A stretch of 64,000 nucleotides of DNA. Origin: an uncultured Planctomycetota bacterium. GTDB taxonomy: Bacteria > Planctomycetota > Planctomycetia > Isosphaerales > Isosphaeraceae. Of the stretch, positions 35,295 through 46,541 are shown piece after piece. The DNA lies in NCBI GenBank assembly GCA_963845755.1, contig CAWJTV010000020.1:672001-736000 (forward strand), given 5' to 3'. Positions within the stretch are counted from its first letter, which is position 1; the number at the start of each line of letters is the position of its first letter. Below the pieces are notes generated by a model, which was not told the origin of the DNA, did no database searches, and saw only the letters and a list, made by a program, of their open reading frames with translations. A program made the translations under genes and the position numbers.

Positions 35295-38200
35295 ATGGGA
35301 CACGCGATGCGGCGTCGGTGCGGACTCGGCCTGGCCCTGATCCTCAGTCTGGGAGCGTCCTTCGCATCCGCCCAACCGTCGCGGCGGCCGGAGATCTGGG
35401 CCATCCTCGTGGGAGTCAACCGGTACGATCGGTCCATGAGCACGACGGTGGGCCCGACGACCGCCCGGGGAGCCAAGCAGGTCCTGCACTGGCTTCGTCA
35501 AGCCGGCTGGGATGATGGACGGCATCAGCTCCTCTTGACCGACTACGGCGCGGCGGATCCCGGCCGGCCCGACGACCCCGCCCCCAACATCCTGCCGCGC
35601 AGGCAGAACCTCGATTGGGCGTTCCGAAACTGGCTCTTCTCGAGGGCGAAGCCGGGCGATTTGGTGGTCTTCTATTTCGCAGGGCGTAGCCGGGCCGTCG
35701 TGAAGCCCCAGGGTGAGCGGGTCGACCCGCGGGTGGACTACTACCTCCTGCCGGCCGATGCCGCGCCCGACTCCACCGAGAAGACGGGCTGGGCCCTGGA
35801 CCGGGCCATCGACGATTGCGCGGAGGAAGCTCCAGGTCGTTTGCTGGCTGTCAACGTCGCTCGATGGCCAGGACATCCCGACCGATCCCGCCAAGGGCCG
35901 TCCTCAGGTGTCGATCCCGGATGGGATGGATTGGCTGGGCCGGCTGGCCCGCTGGCCGGGGATCACCGCGTGGCTGGCGTCCGACCGGCCGCAGAGTCCG
36001 GTCCCGGCGGAGGACCCGGGCAGTCGGTTCACCCGGGCGCTCCTGGAGGGACTGGGCCGGCCGGACGACGAGACGAAGCGAAACCTGGCGGCCTGCCTCA
36101 AGGACCTCCAGCAGGACCCGCGGCTCATGCGCCAGGGATTTCGTTCGCTGGGTGGCGTACCGCCTTCGCTCACCCTGTTGAAGGAGAGGTTCGGCCGAGA
36201 GGACGTGGAACCACCTCCCGAGTTGGTGCTCCAGGCCGGACATGCCGAGGGACTGACCGCCATGGTTGCACCGGCCGATGGCCGGCAGATCATCACGGCC
36301 AGCAAGGACTCGACCGTCCGAGTCTGGTCGGCGCAGGAGGGATCGCTGCTCCGCGTCTTGCCCGGTTATTCCGCCGAGGTGGGTGTGACCGCCCTGGGAC
36401 TGAGCCACGACGATCGCTGGCTGATCACAGGCGGCGGACGCGGGCGGATCATGGTCTACGACCGGGAGCGCGACTTCGCAATCAAGCTGATTCCCCGACA
36501 GCCGCACAACCGAAGGATCGAGCAGCTCGCCATGCTCCCCGATGGGTCCCATTTCGTCTCGATCGATAACTCCGGCCGCGGTTATCTCTGGGATCTGCGG
36601 AAATCACCGATGGCCGCTCAACCCTGGCTCGAAGGCCAGACCTTCAAGCGGGTGGCATGCGGCGACCGATTCGTACGAGCCGGTAAGCAGAACGACGCCG
36701 GCGGGGTCGTTGCCTGGTGCACCGACGGGCGGCTCCGGACCTTCGACGCGACAGGGGTCCGGAGGCGACGTGCTGGAGATCCCCAGTGGCACGCTCACGG
36801 CGATGGCCGTCTCGCCCGACGGCGAATCCCTGGCCCTGGGATTCGTCGATGGCAAGGTCGTCGTCCGCGAGGGGATTCGCAAGCCCCGCCGTCAGGCCGA
36901 ATACAGGGCTACGGACGGCCCCGTCGCGGTTCGCCGGCTGACATTCTCCGACGCGGGCATCCTGGCGATCGAGCACGAGAAGGGAATACGACTGGTGACG
37001 TTGGTGCCCGAGTCGGAGAAGGCCGCCGCATCGGTGACCGAGCTCGTCGCCGGACCGCTTCAGGCGATGGCCTTCTCGCGCGGCGGCGGATACGTGGCGG
37101 CGTCCACCGAGAATATCGGAATCCTGAAAGTCTGGCGGATCGGAAACGGCGGAGCACCCCTAGTCCCGTCCTGGAACTGCCCCAGGCTGGGGCGTCACTG
37201 CTGGGCTTCACCGGCGATAACCGATCGCTGATCTGGGGCACGTTCAACGGGGATGTGGCCTTACGGCCCCTGGATCCCCGCAGCGACCTCCCGCACTGGA
37301 ACTTTCCCGCCCGCGACGGCAAGATCCAGGAGATCAGCGCCTCACCCAACCGTCGCTCACTGCTCCTGCTCGACCGGAAGGGTTCGGTCCGTCAAGCCCG
37401 CGTCTGGGACCTCCAGGACCGCATCTGCCGCCTGCTGCCGGGGACCTGGAGCTCTGGAGTCTTCCTCGACGACGATCGACTGATCATGGTCGCCGACTCT
37501 CGGGCGAAGGAGCAGGCCGGTCGCGTCGTCCGGCTCGATCGAAACGCCGCTGGGTTTCAAGCCAATGCTCTTCGAGCGAGCGTCGGGCGCTTTCCAGGTC
37601 CCCGAGACGCTGGGCTTCGAGCGGCTGACCGCCTCGGCCGACGGGAAATGGGTCGCGGCCGCGGCCGACGCGTCCAAGATTCCGCTGGTCTGCGTCTGGG
37701 AGGCCGAAACCGGAAAAATGACGCACTGGATCACCGCCGCGGGACTGAACGATGCCGCCGTCGCTCTGAGCTTCTCGTCCGATTCCCGGTATCTGCTGAC
37801 CGGTGGCAATTCCTCCGAGGCGAGACTCTGGGACCTCTCCGCGCGCCGCGGGAGTCTCGAGACGCCGTCCGTTCGCTTTTCGGACCGGTCGATTCGAAAG
37901 GACATCACCTGCGTCGCCATCCGCCCCGACCACGCGTCCCAGGTCGTCACCGGCCACAGCGACGGCCAGGTCCATCTCTGGACCTGGACCGGCGGGACGG
38001 CCAGGCTGGAGATCCCCGGTCTGATTCAGGGAGAATTCGCCGGCGCGGTCAAATCGGTCTGCTTCACATCCGACGGCGGCTATCTCGCCGCGGCGGGCGA
38101 CGGGCTCTCGATCTGGGTCGGCGCCATGGAGCCCCGGCCGAGGCCGATCGACGGCCTGGACAAGCTGCGTCCACATCATTTCGAGCAGATCAATACGCTC

Positions 38201-39722
38201 ACCGCCTGGAAGGGTCTACCGATCTTGATCAGCGGCGGAGACGACACCTCCGTCCGGTTCTGGGACCTCAAGAACGGGCGGCTGTGGGGGACCTTCTCGG
38301 CAACCACCGCACCGATCGTCGCCGACGCGACAGCAGCCCGCGAGGTGGACTGGGTCCTCTACACTCCCGAGGGGCTCTACGATGCTCCTCCGACCGCGAC
38401 CCGCTTGGTCCAGTATCGCCGTCATGACCGGCCTCAGCGGATCGAACAGTTCGAATCGACCCAGAGTGACTACCGGCTGAGCGAGCGGCTCCTGGCCGGC
38501 GAGAACCCCCGATCGGTCCCGAAGACCGACGAGCCGTTCCCGATCTCGATCAGCCTACCTCCCCGGTTCGATCCGAAGCTGCCGGCGTCGAGGCTCACCA
38601 TTGTGCTGGGGGCGAAGGATCTCAAGGACATCCGGCTCTACCACAACGACGTCCTGGTCCCTTGCGCCGGGCCGTCGAAGCCGGAAGACCTGAGCTTCGA
38701 GGTCGAAGTCCGGCTGATGCCGGACCGCAATCGGTTCTACGCCATGGCCAGTCAAGAGAAGGCCTATGATGCCTGTTCCCAGGTCGTCGAGGTCGACTAT
38801 GTGGCCAACCCGACACGCGGCCGACTGCACATCCTCGCGGTCGGGGTGGGAAACTACGCCGCACCGTCCGGTCCCTTATGCATCCGCGGACGCTCAGCAG
38901 CTCAGCGACGTCCTTAACCAACGAGGGACCGACGCGAACGGCCAGCCAGGCACGAGCATCGTACTTCACGATGACCAGGTGACTGTGGAGAACGTCGAAA
39001 AGGCTTTCGACCAGCTCGCCCGGCTCGTCGAGGATCGTCCCCAGGACACGGTTGTCGTTTTCCTGGCCGGTCACACCGAGGTCTTCCAGGAGCCCGAAGG
39101 CTTCTGCCTGCTGCTGCCGGCCTATCCCATGCCCAACGCCTCGCCACCAATCCGCGACGGGGCACGCAGCCCAGTCGACGGTGTTGACGTCAAGGCCGAC
39201 CCGAAGTTCGTCCTGCCCTACTCATTGATCGCCTCGAACCTGGCACGGATGCGAGCCCTCCAGCGGCTGGTGATCGTCAACGCCTGTCAGGCCGGGGCGA
39301 TCCTCCAGGACAAGCGGGTCCGCGCGATTCAGAGGTGGGTTGAGATCTCCTCGCGCCGGGTCCGAACGTCCTACCTCATGGCCGCCCGTCCGGGCGAGCC
39401 GGCGCTGGGGGTGGAGGCTCTCCGCCACGGCCTGCTCACCTACGCTCTGCTCCGCGGGATGCGGGCCGTATCCACCAAGGATGAACCCAAGTCGGTGGCG
39501 GATCTGGCCTTGCCAGCCGATGCCGACTTCAATCAGGACGGCTTCCTCTCCACCGCTGAGCTGGACGCCTATACCCAGCGTGTGCTGCCCAGGCTCGCAA
39601 GCCTTCTCCCTTCGATGACGACATACGTCCGAGGCTCAGTCCGGGAATCTGGCGCCGCATCGCCGCGGGAAATGGGCGACCGAGCCACGAACTCGTCGTT
39701 CAATCTCGTGCCGATGCGATAG
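35295..39722 (+). CDS. Secreted caspase-like / WD40 propellers / caspase (peptidase C14) protein (frameshifted)
   Basis: Signal peptide ending ASFASA. N-terminal WAILVGVNRY...VFYFAGRS; WD repeats IITASKDSTVRVW and LISGGDDTSVRFWD; C-terminal LHILAVGVGNY...VFLAGHT...IVNACQAG. Confidence 0.85.
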
Positions 39723-39873
39723 ATGAACCGCTCGGTCGAGATCTTGCCGTCATCACGCCTTGGGGCGACGACACTGATCCCAATCACGTCGGTGGGAGTC
39801 CGGTGACCACTTATCGCGGCCGATGCTAGGATCGCGTCACGGCCGAAGGGAGTGAACCATCGCCTGGTTCCGA

Positions 39874-39922
39874 TTGACGGCCCCAGGACCGCACCCCATA
39901 TTAGTTCGGCTGCCGAATTATT
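39874..39922 (+). promoter_or_regulatory. Sigma70-like promoter with a MarR-type operator
   Basis: TTGACG-17 bp-CATATT, overlapped by the inverted repeat TAGTTCGGC-t-GCCGAATTA upstream of marR. Confidence 0.6.
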
Positions 39923-39933
39923 CCGGGGGCGAC

Positions 39934-40389
39934 ATGAAAGCCATCGACCGCAGGGCCGCCGAGTTCCGTGCCCTCCAGGAGGGTATCCTCGCGCGCTTGC
40001 GGGACCTGGACCTCTCAGCTATGGGCGACCTCTCTTTGGCTCTGACCGTCCAGGAATTCCGCTCCCTCGAATTCCTCGCAACCGTCGAGCCCAGGAAGAC
40101 CAAGGAGCCGGCCGAGTACCTCGGCCTGGCCGTGAACTCGGTCACCGACGTGGTCGATTCCCTCGAACGGAAGGGCCTCGCACGGCGGCAGCGGGACGAC
40201 GCCGACCGAAGGGTTGTGCGTATCGAGCTGACGAAGGCGGGCCGGGACGCGGCCCAAGCCATGATGGCCGGCTTCTTGGACATCTACCACTCTTACCTCG
40301 GTGCCCTGACAGTCGAGGAGCAAGAGACCCTCCTGGCCCTCTACCCCTAGATTGCCCGCGTCGGGCAGACGGAACCGCGTCCCGCCTGA
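39934..40389 (+). CDS. MarR family regulator (3' end uncertain; in-frame stop at 40350)
   Basis: LTVQEFRSLEFL, AEYLGLAVNSVTDVVDSLERKGLARRQRDDADRRVVRIELTKAG. Confidence 0.9.
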
Positions 40390-40394
40390 CTTTT

Positions 40395-40535
40395 TTGGCT
40401 CATGGGCCGAAATGGGTAATCGCCCGCGTCAAAGAGATTTGTAGCGTGGGTGCAACCCACCATCGGACCTGGGGTTATGGTGAGTTGCACCCACCGTACA
40501 CCAAAGGTCATTACCAATTTGAGCCCATGAGCCAA
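40395..40535. repeat. MITE-like element enclosing a GTAG-type REP doublet
   Basis: Terminal IR TTGGCTCATGGGC...GCCCATGAGCCAA (~26 bp, imperfect); inner GTAGCGTGGGTGCAACCCACC / GGTGAGTTGCACCCACCGTAC. Confidence 0.65.
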
Positions 40536-40613
40536 CCGTGGAACCTCTCGGACACTTGTGGTATTATCGATCCGCGGTTAGGGAAGCGGGTTTGAACGAT
40601 TGAGGGCCGAACG

Positions 40614-42624
40614 ATGGGCGCCACGGGTTGGGTCGGGGTCATCGCGCTGGTCAGCCTGGTCGGGTCGGGCGAACCGGCGAAGCCGACGGTCGGTTTCCGA
40701 CTCCAGGACCACCGGGGAGCCTGGCACACGCTCGATGAGGCCCGCGACCGAAAGGTCGTCGTCCTGGCCTTCGTCGGGACCGAGTGTCCCCTCGCCGAGG
40801 CCTATGCCCCGAGGCTCGCCGAGCTCGCCCGCGAGTTCGGGAAGCGAGGTGTCGGCTTCTTCGGCGTCGACGCCAACCAGCAGGATGGGCCGGTCGCGAT
40901 CGGCCGGTTCGCCGAGAAGCATGGACTGCCATTCCCGATCCTGAAGGACGTCGGCAACAGCCTGGCCGACCACTTCGGGGCCGAGCGGACGCCCGAAGTC
41001 TTCGTCCTGGATGAGTCGCGGGCCGTGGTCTACCGAGGCCGGATCGACGACCAGTACGCCATCGGCATCCATCGACCCTCGTCCACCCGGCACGACCTGG
41101 TCGACGCCCTCGATGCGGTCCTCGCCGGGCGGCCGGTCGCGGCGCCGAGGACCGAAGCGGTCGGCTGCAAGATCGGCCGTGTTGCGAAGTCGGCCCAGGG
41201 TGGCGCCGTGACGTACGCGAAAGAGGTCGCTCGCATCCTCCAGTCGCACTGTGTCACCTGCCACCGACCCGGCGAGATCGCCCCGTTCTCCCTGACCGAC
41301 TACCGCCAGGCGGCCGGCTGGTCGAGCATGATCGCCGAGGTCGTCGATGAGGGTCGAATGCCCCCATGGCACGCCTCGCCCGAGCACGGCAAGTTCGCCA
41401 ACGACGCCCGGCTTTCCGCCGACGAGAAGAAGGCAATTCGCGACTGGGTCAACGCCGGCTCGCCCGAAGGAGACCCGGCCGACCTACCCCCGCCGCCCCA
41501 ATTCGTCGAGGGATGGCAGATCCCCCGGCCCGACGTCGTCCTGGAAATGCCCCGCGCGATCGAGATCCCGGCCGAGGGGTCGATGCCTTACCAGCTCGTC
41601 GAGATCAATCCGAAGTTCACGCGCGACGTCTGGGTCCGCGCCTCGCAGGTCCGGCCCGGGAACCCGGCGGTCGTCCACCACGCGGTCGTCCTTGTCCTGC
41701 CGCCCGGCGTCGAGAAGATCGACGAGGCCGGCGGCGACTTCCTCGCCGCCTACGCACCCGGCCTGCCGGCCCGCGTCATGCCCGACGGCGTGGCGAAGCG
41801 CATCCCGGCCGGATCGAAGATCGTCCTCCAGCTCCACTACACCCCCCGAGGAACGAAGCAAGTTGACCGGAGTCGGATCGGCCTCCTCTTCGCCGACCCG
41901 GCGATGGTCCACAAAGAACTGATGTCGGGCATGGCGCATGAACTTCCGCCTCCAGATCCCGCCCGGAACGTCCGACTACGTCTCGCGGGCCGATTTCCGG
42001 TTCTCGCAGCCCTCGTTGCTCCTCGCGCTGATGCCGCACATGCACCTGCGGGGCAAGTCGATGCGGTTCGTTGCCGAATACCCCGACGGCCGCCGCGAAG
42101 TCCTCCTCGACGTACCCCGATACGAGTTCGACTGGCAGAACCTCTACACTCTCGACCAGCCCAAGCCGATGCCCGAAGGGACGATCCTCCACACCGAAGC
42201 CCACTTCGACAACTCGGACGAGAACCCGAACAACCCGGACCCGAGGCGTGCCATCACCTTCGGCGAGCAGACCTGGGATGAGATGCACGTCGGATACCTC
42301 AACTTTGCCCTCGCCGACCAGGACCTCACCCTCGGCAGGCCCACCTCGAAGCGACTCCCAAACGGCCAGTACGAGGTCACCTTCCACCACCACCCCCCTG
42401 CGCCGGCGAAGTCGGTCGCCCTCGTCGGCACGTTCACGGACTGGAAGGAACGGCCTCTCGCCATGCCCGGTCCGGACGCCCAGGGGAACTACTCGACGAC
42501 AGTCGCGCTCGACGCCGGGTCGCACGAGTACAAGTTCCTCATCGATGGCGAGACCTTCCGCCATGACCCCGGCAACCCCGAATCCGCCGGCTTCTTCCAC
42601 AACAGCCTGATCCGGCTGCCCTGA
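40614..42624 (+). CDS. Secreted redoxin / c-type heme / Cu-monooxygenase-like / CBM48-like protein (frameshift near 41935)
   Basis: FVGTECPLA, AERTPEVFVLD...YRGRIDDQ, CVTCH, VVHHAVV, MPHMHLRGK, DEMH, SVALVGTFTDW...YKFLIDG. Confidence 0.85.
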
Positions 42625-42784
42625 GAGGGTCTGGGACGGGGCTCCTCAATCGCTATGACCGACCCAAGTGCGGATCCAAGGGATTTGAATCGATTCCGGC
42701 GGATGATTCCTGGCCTTCGCTGAAGGCCACATTTCATACTGAGGTTGATTCACTGAGTTATGTGCCCTTTTCGGGTCTCCGATT

Positions 42785-43079
42785 TCGACGATCGACAACA
42801 ATGTCTCAGAACGGACGTTACGGCTCCAAGCCATAGGTCGGAACAACTGGCAGTTCCTCGGGAGTGAGGAGGCGGGCTCGCGCGCGGCGGTGCTGTTCAC
42901 CATCCTGGCGGGAGCGAAGCGCCATCACCTGGAGCCATGGGCGTATCTCCGGGACGTGCTGCTACGGCTGAGCGCGGGGGAGACCGAGTTGGAGCCTTTG
43001 CTGCCGGACCGGTGGGCCGCCAGCCATCCGGAGCACGTGCTCCAGCACCGCATCGATGAGTCGCGGCGCAAGGCGGCTC
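42785..43079 (+). pseudogene. IS66 tnpC C-terminal remnant
   Basis: IDNNVSERTLRLQAIGRNNWQFLGS...LEPWAYLRDVL...LLPDRW. Confidence 0.85.
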
Positions 43080-43172
43080 GTGTCCGTCCGGTGAAGTGCA
43101 TCTACAAAGCGGCGTGACTCCCCGCGATGATAGTGCTGTCGGGGCCAGTGGTCCCGTCAGGGAGATCACGCC

Positions 43173-43538
43173 GTGTCTCGAAGCCGAACCATCGATCTAC
43201 GATGGAATGCCCTCCTCAACGATTTCCGCAGGAGCGGTCTGACTCAAGCCGAGTTCTGCCGCCTTCGCCAAATCTCGCTTCACTCCTTCCGAAAGCATCT
43301 CTACCAGCCCGCCCCGGCCGATCGCACTCCCAGCGACGATCGTCCTTTCGCCAGTGCCGACCGCCATTTCCTCCCGGTCACTATCCTTCCCGATCCCATC
43401 CCGCCGAGCGCCGCCTCGGGACCCCACCTCGAACTCATCCTCTCCAACGGACGTCGGATCGCCGTCGCCCCCGGATTCGACCCCCTGACCCTCCGCCATC
43501 TCATCGCGGTCGTGGAGGGACGCCCATGTTCGGACTGA
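43173..43538 (+). CDS. tnpA: IS66 TnpA
   Basis: WNALLNDFRRSGLTQAEFC, FLPVTI, LELILSNGRRIAVAPGFD. Confidence 0.88.
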   Translation: MSRSRTIDLRWNALLNDFRRSGLTQAEFCRLRQISLHSFRKHLYQPAPADRTPSDDRPFASADRHFLPVTILPDPIPPSAASGPHLELILSNGRRIAVAPGFDPLTLRHLIAVVEGRPCSD

Positions 43539-43860
43539 GCGCCGCGGTCCGCGTCTATCTCGCCAAACAGCCGGCCGACATGCGCAAGAGCTTTGACGGC
43601 CTGGCCGCCCTGGCATCAGGCAGCCTGGCGCTAGATCCCCTCTCCGGTCATCTCTTCGTCTTCGTCAACAAGCGCCGCGACCGCATCAAGATCCTGTACT
43701 GGGATCGCGATGGCCTGGCCGTCTGGGCCAAGAAGTACGAGTAAGACTGCCCCCATCCTCTCGACTTTACAGGAATCGTCGGACACCCCCATAATCGCGC
43801 TGGCCGGCCTGATGCGGCTGGCGGAATGGATCGAAGCTCAACACCCCGTGATCCAAGGAG

Positions 43861-44058
43861 GTGCCCCATGTCGCGAGACGCCGGACTCGTTGCTCCCCCC
43901 CGCGCACGTCGGTCGTTCGGCCGTCGGTGCTGGACCAACTCTGGAGCCGACTGACGGACGAGCAGCGTCAACGAACGCTGCTCACCCTCAGCGACATCGT
44001 GACTCGACAACTCGGCGCGCCTCGCACCGCTCAGGAGGTGCGCGATGAAATCTCGTGA
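43861..44058 (+). CDS. Small hypothetical protein overlapping the recombinase start
   Basis: AAGGAGGT RBS near 43855; QLWSRLTDEQRQRTLLTLSDIV; GGAGGTG precedes the recombinase ATG. Confidence 0.45.
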   Translation: MPHVARRRTRCSPPRTSVVRPSVLDQLWSRLTDEQRQRTLLTLSDIVTRQLGAPRTAQEVRDEIS

Positions 44059-46225
44059 TGCACGGGCCGTCAATCGCACGGACAGATCAATCGACGAGAC
44101 TCCATCGACCTCCACCTTCGGCCAGAGGTCGAGCTCGAAGATTGGCGATCGGCATCTCGATCGACTCGCGATCGTGTACGTGCGGCAGTCGACGCCGCAG
44201 CAAGTCCTCGAGAACCGCGAGTCTCGCGAACGGCAGTATGCTCTGGCGCAGTTCGCGCAACGGCTCGGTTGGCCCGCAGAGCGGGTGGTGATCATCGACG
44301 AGGATCAGGGCCACGGCGGCAAGTTGACCGACCATCGCACGGGCTTCCAGCGGTTGATGACGGAAGTGAGCTTGAACCACGTGGGGATCGTGCTGGGGTT
44401 GGAGCTTAGCAGGGTGTCGCGGTCGAATACCGAATGGCATCGTCTTATCGACGTCTGCGGCATCTTTCGCACCCTGCTATGCGATCAAGATGGCGTCTAC
44501 GATGCCTTGGACAGTAACGATCGTCTCCTCCTTGGCATGAAAAGCGCAATGAGCGAATACGAATTGATTACTATGTACAATCGTTTGCTTCGAGGCAGTC
44601 GGAACAAAGCGGAGCGCGGCGAGCTGTTCCTGGCCGTTCCGCTGGGATACCTCAAGACGGCCACGGGCGAGATCATTCAAGAGCCTGACGAGCAGGCGCG
44701 TGGAATGATTCAGTTGGTGTTCGAGAAGTTCGAGGAACTCGGTTCCGCCTACGCGGTCTTCCGTTACCTGGTCGTGAACAACCTGCAACTGGGATTTCGC
44801 CGTCATCGCGGTGGGCGCATTGGGGAGCTGGAGTGGAAGCCAGCCTCTCCCAGTCGAGTCCTGTCGATCTTGCGACACCCCATCTATGCGGGGGCATACG
44901 CTTATGGCCTACATCGCGCGGGGACGAAGAATCCCACGACGGGTCGAGCCGAAGGCGGCAAGTGGTTCGTGCCGCCCGAGGAGTTGGCCGTGTTCCTGCC
45001 GGATCGGCTCCCAGCGTACATTAGCTGGGATCGCTATCTCGCGAATCAGGAACGCCTCAAACAGAATCGATCGCTCCACGACACGCGGGGCGTGCCCAAA
45101 CGCGGCGAGGCCTTGCTGCCCGGCCTGGTCGTCTGTGGGAAATGCGGCCGCCACATGACGACGCGATACAAGGCCGACAAGAAGCCCGGCTATCACTGCG
45201 GCGAGTATTGGCGGCTGGCCCTGGACGAGCCGTGCGGGTGCATCTCGGCAAAGACGCTGGACGACCTGGTCGCGAAGGAAGTGCTCCGCGCGTTGGAGCC
45301 CGCTGCGCTGGACCTGAGCCTACGCGCGATCGAGAACGCCGAGCGAGAGCGCAAGCGCCTCCACGACCATTGGCGTCAGACTCTGGAACGCGCACGCCAG
45401 GAGGTCGAGAGGGCCGAGCGGCAGTATCAGGCCGTGGAGCCCGAGAACCGACTCGTGGCGCGGACACTCGAGGCGCGGTGGGAGGACGCGCTGAAGAAGC
45501 AGCGTCAAACGGAGGAGGATTACCATCGGTTCCTGACGAGACTGCCGGCGACGCTGAACGACGCCGATCGCCAACGGATTCGATCGCTCTCCGAGAGCGT
45601 CGCCGCGCTCTGGCACGCACCAGGCACGTCGGCGATGGATCGCAAGCAGATCGTGCGCTGCGCGGTGGAGCGGGTCATTGTCGTGGCCGACAAGGCGACT
45701 GAGCTCAACGAGGTAACGATCGTTTGGCTCGGCGGCATGACAACCCAACAGCAGGTCGCGAGGCCAGTCGGCAGGTATGAGCAATTGAAGGATTTTCGAC
45801 GCCTCACGGAACGAATCAAGCAACTCCATCGAGAAGGACTTCACCTGTCGCAGATCGCCGCGCGGCTCAATGCCGAGGGCTTCGTCCCGCCGCGCCGTCG
45901 CGGCGTGTTCACGGCGGGAACGATCGGGGCGTTGGTCCGTGAACTTGGGCTGGTCGGAGAACTGTTCCGCGACGACCTCGTCGGCCAGGACGAGTGGTGG
46001 ATCCCCGACTTGGCCGGGAAACTCGGCGTCATCGCCCAGAAGGTCCATTATTGGATCAAGCAGGGTTGGGTCCATTCGCGGCGTACGCCTTCGGGAAAGC
46101 ATCTGATCGTGTGGGCCGACAAGGACGAGGTTCGTCGCCTGCGACAACTGGCCAGACGAAAGAACTCCTGGATCGCCGCCCGGCACCCTGAGTTGGTCGT
46201 TCCCAAGGACCGTCCCGACCGGTAG
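44045..46225 (+). CDS. Large serine recombinase (resolvase, recombinase, Zn ribbon, coiled coil, C-terminal HTHs)
   Basis: AIVYVRQST (catalytic Ser), IDEDQG, LSRVSRS, ILRHPIYAG, LLPGLVVCGKCGRHM, VEPENRLVARTLEARWE. Confidence 0.93.
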   Translation: MKSRDARAVNRTDRSIDETPSTSTFGQRSSSKIGDRHLDRLAIVYVRQSTPQQVLENRESRERQYALAQFAQRLGWPAERVVIIDEDQGHGGKLTDHRTGFQRLMTEVSLNHVGIVLGLELSRVSRSNTEWHRLIDVCGIFRTLLCDQDGVYDALDSNDRLLLGMKSAMSEYELITMYNRLLRGSRNKAERGELFLAVPLGYLKTATGEIIQEPDEQARGMIQLVFEKFEELGSAYAVFRYLVVNNLQLGFRRHRGGRIGELEWKPASPSRVLSILRHPIYAGAYAYGLHRAGTKNPTTGRAEGGKWFVPPEELAVFLPDRLPAYISWDRYLANQERLKQNRSLHDTRGVPKRGEALLPGLVVCGKCGRHMTTRYKADKKPGYHCGEYWRLALDEPCGCISAKTLDDLVAKEVLRALEPAALDLSLRAIENAERERKRLHDHWRQTLERARQEVERAERQYQAVEPENRLVARTLEARWEDALKKQRQTEEDYHRFLTRLPATLNDADRQRIRSLSESVAALWHAPGTSAMDRKQIVRCAVERVIVVADKATELNEVTIVWLGGMTTQQQVARPVGRYEQLKDFRRLTERIKQLHREGLHLSQIAARLNAEGFVPPRRRGVFTAGTIGALVRELGLVGELFRDDLVGQDEWWIPDLAGKLGVIAQKVHYWIKQGWVHSRRTPSGKHLIVWADKDEVRRLRQLARRKNSWIAARHPELVVPKDRPDR

Positions 46226-46541
46226 CAAGAGAGGCCGCCGATTCGTGGCGGCAGTAGCCCAACGTCTCAGGATTTGTGTAACGCCACAAGAACGAGGGTC
46301 CTGTGATGCCAGCATCAAGAGGCTCGAACGCGGCACCTTCCGCATCCCGGACGCGGCGGCCGATCGCGTCGAGATGACCACCGCCGAACTCGCCGCCCTC
46401 CTGGCCGGCATCGATCTGGACAAGGCCCGACGGCGCGTCCGCTACTCGCGGCCCGCCACTCCCCTTCGAAATTCGGAGAATAATCTACCGACAGGAGCAT
46501 AATGCGCCAACAATCGAGCACCCGTCAACGTAGTATAGGGT

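Larger units (their letters stand above)
43734..46320 (+). mobile_element. Minimal large-serine-recombinase element (2587 bp) inserted in IS66 tnpB
   Basis: Flanked by CAAGA at 43729-43733 and 46316-46320; its removal restores tnpB. Confidence 0.85.
43526..46502 (+). pseudogene. tnpB: IS66 TnpB split in two by the recombinase element
   Basis: The 5' part DMRKSFDGL...KILYWDRDGLAVWAK and the 3' part RLERGTFRIP...ELAALLAGID rejoin in frame as WAKRLERG. Confidence 0.9.

Noticed and set aside
5688..42624. Frameshifts in most T6SS and accessory genes, read as pseudogenisation or programmed frameshifting
   Set aside because: Single-base indels occur at a similar rate in all gene classes (ABC permease, transposases, kinase) with otherwise intact motifs. 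This fits long-read consensus errors best; read polishing is needed to confirm.
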